DNA of 64,000 bases, from contig CAVSDL010000008.1 in NCBI GenBank assembly GCA_963726775.1, positions 105,063 through 169,062 of the forward strand, given 5' to 3'. Within the stretch, counting starts at the first letter, position 1. Each line of letters starts with the position of its first letter. The notes under the pieces were generated by a model. That model saw nothing but the letters and a program-made list of their open reading frames with translations. It was not told where the DNA came from and did no database searches. This document shows, one piece after another, positions 26,501-34,691 of the stretch. This stretch comes from an uncultured beta proteobacterium (GTDB taxonomy: Bacteria > Pseudomonadota > Gammaproteobacteria > Burkholderiales > Casimicrobiaceae). The position numbers and the translations under genes were made by a program.

Positions 26501-27398
26501 CGCGGTCGAGGGCCTGATCCTCACCAACGTCAACACGCTCGCCGACGGCGACCCGCAGAACAACTTCCTCGTGCGCGCGGTGACGTGGAACGAGAACGGC
26601 ATTCTCAACGGCGCGCGCCACATCACGCTGGGCGGGCGCTACGCCTATGTCGCCGCCGATGCCGGGCTCGTCGTCGTCGATCTCGACGATCCGCTCAAGC
26701 CGAAGCTGGTCGCGATCGTCGCCCTGAAGGGTGTGCGCGCCTCGGCGCTGCAGTTCCGCTACCTGTTCGTTGCCGACGACGCCGGATTGACGACCGTCGA
26801 CGTCACCGATCCGGCGCGGCCGCGGCACGTGGGCACCGCGCGCGTCCCGCTTGCCGACGCCAACCGCATCTACGTGGCACGCACCTACGCCTACGTCGCC
26901 GCCGGCAAGGAAGGGCTTGCGATCGTCGACGTCGAGCAGCCGGAGGCGCCGAAGCTGTACATGAAATTCACCGCCGAAGGCAGACTCGACGACGCGCGCG
27001 ACGTCGTCGTCGGCAGCACCAACGCGTCGCTGTTCGCCTATGTCGCCGACGGCGCGAACGGCCTCAAGGTGGTGCAGATGACCGCGCCGGACACGCAGCC
27101 GAAATTCTACGGATTCTCGCCGGATCCCAAGCCGCAGCTGATCGCGTGGCGCGGTACGGTGACGCCCGCGCTGGCGCTGTCGAAGGGACTCGACCGCGAC
27201 CGCGCGGTGGATGAGACCGGCGGCCAGATCGCGGTGTTCGGCCGGATCGGCTCGCGCCCGTTCACGTTGGAAGAGATGAAGAAGTTCTACCAGCGCCCCG
27301 ACGGCACGGTGTGGACCGTGACCGACGAGGTCCGGATGCAGGAGTTCGTGCCCGCGCGCGCGACGGCGGCTGACACCCGGCCGTTGCCGAGGCAGTGA
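23550..27398 (+). CDS. Large decahaem c-type cytochrome fused to a C-terminal LVIVD-repeat beta-propeller (1282 aa)
   Basis: This is the real gene within track ORF 21444..27398. ATG 23550 lies 2 nt after the OMP stop. There is an N-terminal hydrophobic anchor or signal (AVCAAWLPLAAGAVLAVLSALAYG). Ten CXXCH motifs are present: CKSCH, CADCH, CGACH, CSGCH, CMVCH, CVDCH, CADCH, CQTCH, CAGCH, CPDCH. At least five LVIVD-type repeats follow (YLYVAEGAGGMRVYDV, YAYVAADAGLVVVDLDDP, YLFVADDAGLTTVDVTDP, YAYVAAGKEGLAIVDVEQP, FAYVADGANGLKVVQM). Confidence 0.85.
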   Translation: MRAMAHGNRRTGDRRQGQARAGAVCAAWLPLAAGAVLAVLSALAYGTGGESPVARNYLPQAPAPERQTLAVAQVKSQGCKSCHTASDHETMHVNPAVILGCADCHGGDPKVTRPQGAEPKDPAYRNAVASAHVLPRYPVAWKYPSSANPPDSYTLLNREAPEYVRFVNPGDYRVARESCGACHLRIIQATERSLMSSSAMLWGGGSYNNGILPFKRYVLGEAYTAQSEAATIVNPIPPTPLMTEKGILPRLYPLPAWETVPPGDVFRVFERGGRVISSQFPEIGLPNIAGALQRLDEPGRPDIRQSNRGPGTGLRISVPVLNITKTRLNDPHMWFLGTNEQPGDYRSSGCSGCHAVYANDRDPKHSGPYAAFGHEGQSQTADPTIARGESGHPLKHELTRAIPSSQCMVCHMHQPNVFVNSYFGFIMWDYESDAPFMWPEKQRYPTGAETRAILDRNPEEAAIRGKWSDPEFLKDVSALNAQLKDTQFADYHGHGWNFRAVFKRDRKGTLQDKDGKPVSDDDPDKFKKAVHLTSIHMDLGMHCVDCHFAQDAHGNGHIYGEVAAAIEIDCADCHGTATKYPTLFTSGPASQPGGTDLSLLRTQDGRKRFEWRDGKLYQRAALDPDKEWEMSLVKDTVNPLHPKYNVKAARAKLMSTGDSMQWGPGVDPQKYAHGDDKVTCQTCHLSWTTSCAGCHLPIQANAKTERHHYEGGETRNFATYNPQVARDDMFQLGRHGDAKNFRIAPVRSSSALVLSSTNINRERIYIQQPPVAASGFSSQAFAPHYPHTERKTETKTCPDCHLSKSNDNNAIMAQLLLQGTNFVNFVGYNAWVGEERRVTAVQVTEWDEPQAVIGSYLHRYAYPDWYAQHQQRDKRLPTMSTHDTKGAARCLQLRGEYLYVAEGAGGMRVYDVASIANKGVSQKILSAPFAPWGQDTHIRSTNATCVALPTNQPIAPQRNEGDLMRVTNQEQPFHPMYNYAAITDAVEGLILTNVNTLADGDPQNNFLVRAVTWNENGILNGARHITLGGRYAYVAADAGLVVVDLDDPLKPKLVAIVALKGVRASALQFRYLFVADDAGLTTVDVTDPARPRHVGTARVPLADANRIYVARTYAYVAAGKEGLAIVDVEQPEAPKLYMKFTAEGRLDDARDVVVGSTNASLFAYVADGANGLKVVQMTAPDTQPKFYGFSPDPKPQLIAWRGTVTPALALSKGLDRDRAVDETGGQIAVFGRIGSRPFTLEEMKKFYQRPDGTVWTVTDEVRMQEFVPARATAADTRPLPRQ

Positions 27399-27406
27399 GG
27401 AACACC

Positions 27407-28768
27407 ATGAGACCAACGACCCTCCGTTCCGATCAACGTCGCGCGCGCCTCGCCGGCTCGCTCGTCGCGGTGGCCCTGGCGCTTTTCGCCGCGGCAGCCG
27501 TCGCGCAGACAGCGGCCCCGGTCCCGCTGCCCTATCACGCCGCCGACAAGAGCATGGGCGTGGTCAATTGCGCGAACAGCCTGTGCCATGGCTCGGTGCA
27601 GCCGATCAGGGATTCGAACGTGCTGCAGACCGAATATGTGACGTGGTCGCGGGTCGACAAGCACGCACGCGCTTACAAAGTGCTCTTCAACGACCAGTCG
27701 CAGCGCATCGCCCGCAACCTGGGTCTTGCCAAACCGCCGCACGAGGAAGCGGTATGCCTCAACTGCCATGCGCACAATGTCCCTGCGGCGCAGCGCGGCG
27801 AGCGCTTCAAGTTCGACGACGGCGTGTCCTGCGAGGCCTGCCACGGTCCGGCGGGCCGCTGGCTCGCGGGCCATGCGCAGGACGGCGCCACGCACGCGGA
27901 CAACCTTAAGGCCGGCCTCTATCCGACCGACGATACGGTGCACCGGGCACAGCTGTGCCTGTCATGCCACTTCGGCAATGCCGACCGCTTCGTCACCCAC
28001 CGGATCATGGGCGCGGGGCACCCGCGGATGAGCTTCGAGCTCGACACGTTCACGACCGTCGAGCCCGCGCACTTCAAGCCCGATTCCGATTGGGAGAAGC
28101 GTAAGCGGATGTGGGACGGCGTCAAGGTATGGGCGATCGGGCAGGCGCTCGTCGTCTCCGAGATGATGGACGTGCTGGCCGATCCTAAGCGCGGGCGCGA
28201 CGGGTTGTTCCCCGAACTCGTGCTGTTCGACTGCCACGCCTGCCATCACCCGATGAGCGACAGGCGCTGGGCGCCGCGCATCGCCGGCCTGGGACCCGGC
28301 ACGGTGCGGCTCAACGACTCGAGCATGCTCATGGTGAGGCAGATCGCGCGCGTCGTGGATCCCGCGCTCGGCGAGCGCATTGCCGCGACGATGACGAAGC
28401 TCCAGCAGACGGTGACCGGCGGCGGCGACGCGATCGGGCAGGCGAATGCATTGAAGGCCGACATGGCGACGCTGATCGCCGTTCTCGACAAACGCACGAT
28501 CGGCGAGGCCGACATGCGCGCGATCCTCGCCGGTCTCGTCAATGACGGGCTGGCTGGCCAGTACCGCGACTACGCCGGAGCCGAGCAGGCGACCATGGCG
28601 ATCGGCAGCGTCGCCAATTTCATGTTCCAGCGCGGCGTGCTCAAATCGGCGCGGGATGTCAACGGCGGACTCGCCGCGCTGCAGGCGGCCGTCGCCGATG
28701 ACGAGCGCTACAGCCCCGGACGGTTTCAGGCGGCGTTGAGGAATTTCCGCGGAACCGTGGGGCTGTAG
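27407..28768 (+). CDS. Periplasmic multihaem cytochrome, cytochrome c554-like family
   Basis: ORF 27395..28768. ATG 27407 gives the signal peptide MRPTTLRSDQRRARLAGSLVAVALALFAAAAVAQ. There are four CXXCH motifs (CLNCH, CEACH, CLSCH, CHACH) plus one CX4CH (CANSLCH). The C-terminal half is helical and haem-free. Confidence 0.75.
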   Translation: MRPTTLRSDQRRARLAGSLVAVALALFAAAAVAQTAAPVPLPYHAADKSMGVVNCANSLCHGSVQPIRDSNVLQTEYVTWSRVDKHARAYKVLFNDQSQRIARNLGLAKPPHEEAVCLNCHAHNVPAAQRGERFKFDDGVSCEACHGPAGRWLAGHAQDGATHADNLKAGLYPTDDTVHRAQLCLSCHFGNADRFVTHRIMGAGHPRMSFELDTFTTVEPAHFKPDSDWEKRKRMWDGVKVWAIGQALVVSEMMDVLADPKRGRDGLFPELVLFDCHACHHPMSDRRWAPRIAGLGPGTVRLNDSSMLMVRQIARVVDPALGERIAATMTKLQQTVTGGGDAIGQANALKADMATLIAVLDKRTIGEADMRAILAGLVNDGLAGQYRDYAGAEQATMAIGSVANFMFQRGVLKSARDVNGGLAALQAAVADDERYSPGRFQAALRNFRGTVGL

Positions 28769-28831
28769 GCGTCGCCGCTGTTCGGATCCGGACAACTCCT
28801 CGCCTCCGACTCGGGATGACACGTCCAGATC

Positions 28832-31246
28832 ATGCCTGAATCGTTCAAGATCGCCATCGTCGGTTCCGGTCCGTCCGGCCTCTCGGCCGCGGCGCACGCG
28901 GCCGAACTCGGCATCGCCCATGTGCTGCTGGAGTCGGAAAAGCAACCCGCCGACACGATCTACAAGTACCAGAAGGGCAAGTACGTGATGGCGGAGCCGT
29001 CGATCCTGCCGCTGCGCAGCCCGATGTCGTTCGCCGCCGGCACGCGCGAGAAGGTCCTTGGGGCATGGGACGCCGAACTGGCGAAGTACAAGGTAAACCT
29101 GCGGAAGGGCGCCGGGGTCACCGCCATTGCCGGGCAGAAGGGTGCCTTCGCCCTCACGCTCGCGGGGGGCGACACGGTTGCCGCCGAGCACGTGATCCTC
29201 GCGATCGGATTGCAGGGCAATCTGCGCAAGCTCGGTGCGCCGGGCGAAGACCTGCCCATCGTCCAGTACCAGCTCGACGACCCGAAGGAGTACGAGGACG
29301 AGACGATCATCGTCGTCGGCGCCGGCGACGCCGCGATCGAGAATGCGCTGGCGCTGGCGGAACAGAACCGCGTGATACTGATCAACCGCAACGAGGAATT
29401 CGCCCGCTGCAAGGAAGGCAACCTGAGCCTGGTCCTCGCGGCGATCAAGGATGGCAAGCTCGAATGCCGGTACCAGGCGTCGGCGGCGAACGTGGAGATG
29501 GTCACGACCGACGGCTGTCCCGCGCGATTCAATGCCAGGACGCCCGAGGGCGCCGAGACCATCGGCTGCCACCGCGTCATCGCGCGCCTGGGGGCGATCC
29601 CGCCACGCAAGCTGGTCGAGTCGTTCGGCGTCAAGTTCCCCAATGCGGACCCGGCGGCGGTGCCGCAGCTTTCCGATACCTACGAATCGAACGTGCCCGG
29701 CCTCTACATCATCGGCGCGTTGGGCGGCTATCCGCTGATCAAGCAGGCGATGAACCAGGGCTTTGAGGCCGTCGAATACATTCGTGGCAACCGCGTCGAG
29801 CCGGCGGACGAATCGCTGCTCAAGGCGAAGTTCGCGCATTACGTGCGGGCAAGGACGGTCGGCGAAGGGCTTTCGCTGCTGCAGAGGAATGTGCCGCTGC
29901 TGGCCGGCATCACAACGCTGCAGTTGCGCGAGTTCCTGATCGACAGCGACATTCGCACGCCGAAACCGGGCGAGATCGTCTTCAATCGCCTTGACTACAC
30001 GAACACATTCTACTCGATCGTCGAAGGCGAGGTCGGCGTCGAGCTCAACGGCGGAACGCCCGATGCGCGCTGGATCGTGCTCCGCTCCGGCGATTTCTTC
30101 GGTGAGCTATCGCTGATCTCCGGGCGCCGCCGCGCGGCGACGGTGAAGGCGGGACAGGACTGCGTGCTGGTCGAGACGCCGCGGCGCTCGATGCTGAAGC
30201 TGATCGCATCGGTCGACAGTGTGCGGCGCACGATCGACGCCACATTCCTGAAGCGAGCGATCCGCGCGTACCTGTCGCAGGAGTTGCCCGAGGCGGACCT
30301 CGATGCGCTTGCCGAAGGCGCGCAGATCAGGGCCGTCGCCGCCGGCGATACGCTGTTCGCCGAGGGTGCTGCAGCCGACGGACTCTATCTGATACGCCGT
30401 GGATCAGTGACGGTGTCGCGCCGGATCGGCGGCCGCGATGTCGTGCTGTCGTACGTCGCGGCCGGCAACTATGTCGGCGAGATGGCGCTCCTGTCCGACG
30501 CCCCGCGGATGGGAACCGTGAAGGCTGCGGTGGCGACCGAGGCGATCGTCCTCGACGGCGCGCGGTTCAAGGACGTCGTGGCGCGGCATCCGAAGCTGCG
30601 CGAGTCGATGGAGAGCCGTTTTCTCGACCGCATCCGCGCCAATGTGCAGATGGAATCGCAGGGCGAGTCGGGCAACGTCATCAGCTACCTGCTGCAGCAG
30701 GGCATCGGCGAGGCCACCGACGTCCTGCTGATCGACGAGAGCCTGTGCATACGCTGCGATAATTGCGAAAGGGCGTGCGCCGACACGCACGAAGGCACGT
30801 CGCGGCTCAATCGCGAGGCCGGCCCGACCTACGCGCAGCTCCACGTGCCGACGTCGTGCCGCCATTGCGAGCACCCCCACTGCATGAAGGACTGCCCGCC
30901 GGACGCGATCCACCGGGCGCCGAACGGCGAAGTGTTCATCATGGACACCTGCATCGGCTGCGGCAATTGCGAGCGCAATTGTCCCTATGGCGTCATCCAG
31001 ATGGCCCCGCTGGATCCGCGGCGCCGCGCGCCGAGCCTGTGGTCGTGGCTGCTATGGGGAACGGGCGCCGAGCCCGGCCGCGAGGAAAAGGTCTACGACA
31101 AGTCGATGGTCAAGAAGGCCGTCAAGTGCGACATGTGCAAGGGCCAGGCCGGCGGCGCCGCCTGCGTGCGCGCCTGTCCCACGGGAGCCGCGCTCCGCGT
31201 GTCGCCGGAGAAATTCCTCGATTACGCGAGCGGGGTCGAAGTCTGA
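28832..31246 (+). CDS. Fusion protein: FAD/NAD(P)-dependent pyridine nucleotide-disulfide oxidoreductase domain + two cyclic-nucleotide-binding domains + four-cluster [4Fe-4S] ferredoxin domain
   Basis: ORF 28832..31246. Dinucleotide folds: IAIVGSGPSGLSAA and IIVVGAGDAAIENA. cNMP signatures: FFGELSLISGRRRAATVKA and YVGEMALLSDAPRMGTVKA. Cys motifs: CIRCDNCERAC, CRHCEHPHCMKDCP, CIGCGNCERNCP, CDMCKGQAGGAACVRACP. There is no signal or Tat peptide. Confidence 0.85.
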   Translation: MPESFKIAIVGSGPSGLSAAAHAAELGIAHVLLESEKQPADTIYKYQKGKYVMAEPSILPLRSPMSFAAGTREKVLGAWDAELAKYKVNLRKGAGVTAIAGQKGAFALTLAGGDTVAAEHVILAIGLQGNLRKLGAPGEDLPIVQYQLDDPKEYEDETIIVVGAGDAAIENALALAEQNRVILINRNEEFARCKEGNLSLVLAAIKDGKLECRYQASAANVEMVTTDGCPARFNARTPEGAETIGCHRVIARLGAIPPRKLVESFGVKFPNADPAAVPQLSDTYESNVPGLYIIGALGGYPLIKQAMNQGFEAVEYIRGNRVEPADESLLKAKFAHYVRARTVGEGLSLLQRNVPLLAGITTLQLREFLIDSDIRTPKPGEIVFNRLDYTNTFYSIVEGEVGVELNGGTPDARWIVLRSGDFFGELSLISGRRRAATVKAGQDCVLVETPRRSMLKLIASVDSVRRTIDATFLKRAIRAYLSQELPEADLDALAEGAQIRAVAAGDTLFAEGAAADGLYLIRRGSVTVSRRIGGRDVVLSYVAAGNYVGEMALLSDAPRMGTVKAAVATEAIVLDGARFKDVVARHPKLRESMESRFLDRIRANVQMESQGESGNVISYLLQQGIGEATDVLLIDESLCIRCDNCERACADTHEGTSRLNREAGPTYAQLHVPTSCRHCEHPHCMKDCPPDAIHRAPNGEVFIMDTCIGCGNCERNCPYGVIQMAPLDPRRRAPSLWSWLLWGTGAEPGREEKVYDKSMVKKAVKCDMCKGQAGGAACVRACPTGAALRVSPEKFLDYASGVEV

Positions 31247-31311
31247 TCGCTGTCGGCGTGAACACGCGCTTGCTATGATGTCGACCCGCGTTCCCGTCTG
31301 AAGGCCCCCCG

Positions 31312-33604
31312 ATGCCCGACAAGGAAATTCGCGAAGCGTCGCTCGAATACCACCGGCAGTCTCCGCCGGGGAAGATCTCGGTCCAGCCGACGAAGCACCT
31401 CACCAACCAGCGCGACCTGGCGCTCGCCTATACGCCGGGGGTCGCCGCCGCGTGCGACGAGATCGTCCGCGACCCCGCCGAGGCGCGCAACCTCACGGCG
31501 CGCGGCAATCTGATCGGCGTCGTCACCAACGGCACGGCCGTGCTGGGTCTGGGCGCGATCGGGCCGCTCGCCGCAAAGCCGGTGATGGAAGGCAAGGCGG
31601 TGCTGTTCAAGAAATTCGCCGGCATCGACTGCTTCGACATCGAGATCAACGAGCGCGACCCGGACAAGCTGGTCGACATCATCGCATCGCTGGAGCCGAC
31701 CTTCGGCGGCATCAACCTCGAGGACATCAAGGCGCCGGAGTGTTTCTATGTCGAGCGAGCGCTGCGCGAGCGGCTGAAGATCCCGGTGTTCCACGACGAC
31801 CAGCACGGGACCGCGATCATCGTCGGCGCGGCGATCACCAACGGCTTGCGCGTCGTCGGCAAGGATCTCGCCAAGGTCAAGCTGGTCTGCTCCGGCGCAG
31901 GCGCCGCGGCGCTCGCCTGCCTCGACTTGCTCGTGGCGCTCGGCATCGCCCGGAGGAATATCTGGGTCGCCGACATCGCCGGCGTCGTCTATGCGGGCCG
32001 CAAGGAGGAGATGGACGACAACAAGGCGCGTTACGCCCAGAAGACCGATGCGCGCACGCTCGCCGACCTGCTGCCCGGCGCCGACATTTTTCTGGGGTTG
32101 TCCGCGGCGAAGGTGCTGAAGCCCGAATGGCTGCCGAAGATGGCCGCGAGGCCGCTGATCATGGCGCTCGCCAATCCCGAGCCCGAAATCATGCCGGATC
32201 TCGCGAAGGCGGCGCGTCCCGACGCGATTATCGCGACCGGGCGCTCGGACTACCCGAACCAGGTCAACAACGTGCTGTGTTTTCCGTTCATCTTCCGCGG
32301 CGCGCTTGATGTCGGGGCGACGACGGTCAACGAAGCGATGAAGCTCGCGTCGGTGCGCGCGCTGGCCGACCTCGCGATGGCCGAGCAATCCGATATCGTC
32401 GCCAACGCGTACGGCGAGCAGAACCTGCGCTTCGGCCCCGAGTACCTGATACCAAAGCCTTTCGACCCGCGCCTCATCGTGCAGATCGCGCCGGCGGTGG
32501 CGAAGGCGGCGATGGACTCGGGCGTGGCGACGCGACCGATCGCCGATTTCGCAGCGTATCGCGAAAGGCTCACGCAGTTCGTCTACCACTCCGGCCTGCT
32601 GATGAAGCCGATCTTCACGGCGGCAAAGAAGGATCCCAAACGGATCGTCTATGCCGAAGGCGAGGACGAACGCGTGTTGCGCGCGGCGCAGGTGGTGATC
32701 GATGAAGGCATCGCGCGTCCGATCCTCGTCGGTCGGCCGACGGTCATCGAGCGCGAGGTCGAAAAGCTCGGGCTGCGCATCCGGCCGGGCACGGATTTCG
32801 AACGTCATCAATCCCGAGCACGACCCGCGGTACCGTGCCTACTGGACCGAGTATTACGCGCTGACGGCGCGCAAGGGCGTGTCGCAGCAGTACGCGAAGA
32901 TCGAGATGCGCCGCCGGCTCACGCTGATCGGCGCGATGATGATCCACATGGGCGAGGCCGACGGCATGCTGTGCGGCACGTTCGGCACGCACGAACTGCA
33001 TCGAGGCTACGTCGATCAGGTGATCGGATTGCGCAAGGGCGCCCGGGTCTACGCGGCGATGAACGCGGTCATGCTCCCCGGCCGCACCGTGTTCATCGCC
33101 GACACCTACGTCAATGTCGATCCGACGGCCGAGCAGGTGGCCGAGATCGCGCTGCTCGCCGCCGAGGAGATCCGCCGCTTCGGCATCGCGCCGAAAGTCG
33201 CCCTCCTGTCGCACTCGAGTTTCGGCAGCAGCACGCATCCGCAGGCGAAGAAGATGCAGGCGGCGCTCGCGCTGCTCAACGCGATGGCCCCGGACCTCGA
33301 GGTCGAGGGCGAGATGCACGGCGACGCGGCGCTGGATGAGGAGGTGCGTATGCGCGCGTTCCCGAGTTCGCGGCTGAAAGGCGAAGCGAACCTGCTGATC
33401 ATGCCGACTGTCGATGCGGCGAACATCTCGTTCAACCTGCTCAAGGCCTCCTCCGGCGGCGGCGTGACGCTGGGGCCGATCCTTCTCGGCGTTGCCAAGC
33501 CGGTGCACATCCTGACGCCGTCGGCGACGGTGCGCCGGATCGTCAACATGACGGCATTGACGGTCGTCGATGCCAACATCCAGCGGACGGCGCCGGGAAA
33601 CTGA
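31312..33604 (+). pseudogene. maeB: NADP-dependent malic enzyme (malic enzyme + phosphotransacetylase-like domain), disrupted by a single-base frameshift
   Basis: ORF 31312..33339 is MaeB-like up to ...LRIRPGTDFE. The continuation VINPEHDPRYRAYWTEYYALTARKG...TVRRIVNMTALTVVDA lies in the next frame (ORF 32702..33604). The extra base is c32803 (gaa c gtc atc aat). Total length is 2293 nt, which is 3n+1. Confidence 0.88.
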
Positions 33605-33645
33605 GCGGCGCGATAGCGGGGTGGTCGCGTAGGGATTCGGAAGCT

Positions 33646-33663
33646 CGCCCACGCGCGTGGGCG
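33646..33663. terminator. GC-rich hairpin between convergent maeB and the SRPBCC gene (possible bidirectional terminator)
   Basis: cgcccac gcgc gtgggcg forms a 7-bp perfect stem with a 4-nt loop. No U-tract follows, so this is weak. Confidence 0.25.
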
Positions 33664-33754
33664 GCGCCGTGCATCTCACCTCGGCCGGATGAACGGCAAC
33701 GTCAGGCGCCCCACGGACGGCGCGCGAGATCTGTTCGTAGTGGAGAGGACCTCT

Positions 33755-34201
33755 TTACCCCGGAATCTCGGGTTCGACGAGGTTCGCAAGTTGTGCCAGC
33801 GATTCTTGCCAGCCCAGATAGCACATCTCGATCGGAATGACTTCAGGCAACCCTTCTTGCACGACATCCAAGGTCGTCCCGCACGACACTTGCTTCAGAT
33901 TCACAATCGTCTGCATTTCTCCGGGCAGGTTCGGATCGTCGAACTTGTCTGTATAACGAATTCTCTCGAATGGCACCAGTTCGCGATACTCGCCGCCAAA
34001 GGAATGACCGCGGCCTGTCGTGAAATTCGAGAACGACATTTTATAGGTTCCGCCGACTCTGGCGTCCATGTGGTGAACCCTGCAGGTGAAGCCGTAAGGC
34101 GGGAGCCACTTTGCCATTGCGTCAGCGTCCAAGAACGCTCGATAGACGCGTTCTGGATTCGCACGGAGCACGCGGTGAAGACGGATGGTGCCTGTGGGCA
34201 T
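33755..34201 (-). CDS. SRPBCC / Aha1-domain family protein
   Basis: ORF 33755..34201 (148 aa): RLHRVLRANPERVYRAFLDADAMAKWLPPYGF...VGGTYKMSF...GEYRELVPFERIRYT. This is typical of the activator-of-Hsp90-ATPase-like SRPBCC family. GC is lower than in the flanks. Confidence 0.75.
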   Translation of the reverse strand: MPTGTIRLHRVLRANPERVYRAFLDADAMAKWLPPYGFTCRVHHMDARVGGTYKMSFSNFTTGRGHSFGGEYRELVPFERIRYTDKFDDPNLPGEMQTIVNLKQVSCGTTLDVVQEGLPEVIPIEMCYLGWQESLAQLANLVEPEIPG

Positions 34202-34361
34202 GATTAGTTCGCCTTTCGATTGTCCGTTCGGTGGGCGTTCGGTTTGAGACCTACCACGGGAAATGATGATGGATGGAAAGTGACGCCTAACAAATCAAGT
34301 TAATCGGCGACCGATTTCGGACACGCAGTGCCACAGGCGAGGCGTCTGGTTGAACGACGGA

Positions 34362-34691
34362 TTAGGCGCTTGCGCCGTATTTCGGCGGGTACGCAAGAGC
34401 CATCCTGGCTACTTCGGCGACAGAATCCACGGCTATTCCACGCCTCTTGCAGTAGTTTGATTCCAACCAGTCGGCAAGGTCCTTTTGGCCTTTGCTTGCA
34501 TTGCACGCGATGCAACATCTAGCTATGTTTTCGCGGCTTACGATTCGTGCGTCGTTAACGATGTGCTCCCAAGATGGCTTGGACTTTCTTGTCTGATTCG
34601 TAGACACAAACTGGATGCCGCAATAAATGCAGTGCCGATCCCTCTCAATTACCTCTCGTTCCAGCCAACTCGGAATGTTCCATCTATTCAC
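34362..34691 (-). CDS. HNH endonuclease family protein
   Basis: ORF 34362..34691: CIYCG...PSWEHIVNDARI...CCIACNASKG, that is a zinc-knuckle Cys pair, catalytic His, and Asn. It lies in the low-GC islet. Confidence 0.7.
   Translation of the reverse strand: MNRWNIPSWLEREVIERDRHCIYCGIQFVSTNQTRKSKPSWEHIVNDARIVSRENIARCCIACNASKGQKDLADWLESNYCKRRGIAVDSVAEVARMALAYPPKYGASA

Noticed and set aside
21444-27398. A 1984-aa ORF in the track that would fuse the OMP region and the large cytochrome into one giant protein
   Set aside because: Its first 2.1 kb is an out-of-frame overlap of the well-supported OMP gene (21409-23547) and translates to Arg/Ala/Gly-rich nonsense. The real gene starts at ATG 23550, 2 nt after the OMP stop.
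24741-27416. Very long antisense ORFs (for example 24741-27416 at 891 aa, 21388-23766 at 792 aa, 10824-12677, 12238-13647, 27962-29839, 31273-32811, 56839-58824)
   Set aside because: They lie opposite genes with clear family motifs. They have Arg/Gly/Asp/His-rich low-complexity translations and no recognisable motifs. This is the typical stop-codon paucity of high-GC DNA.
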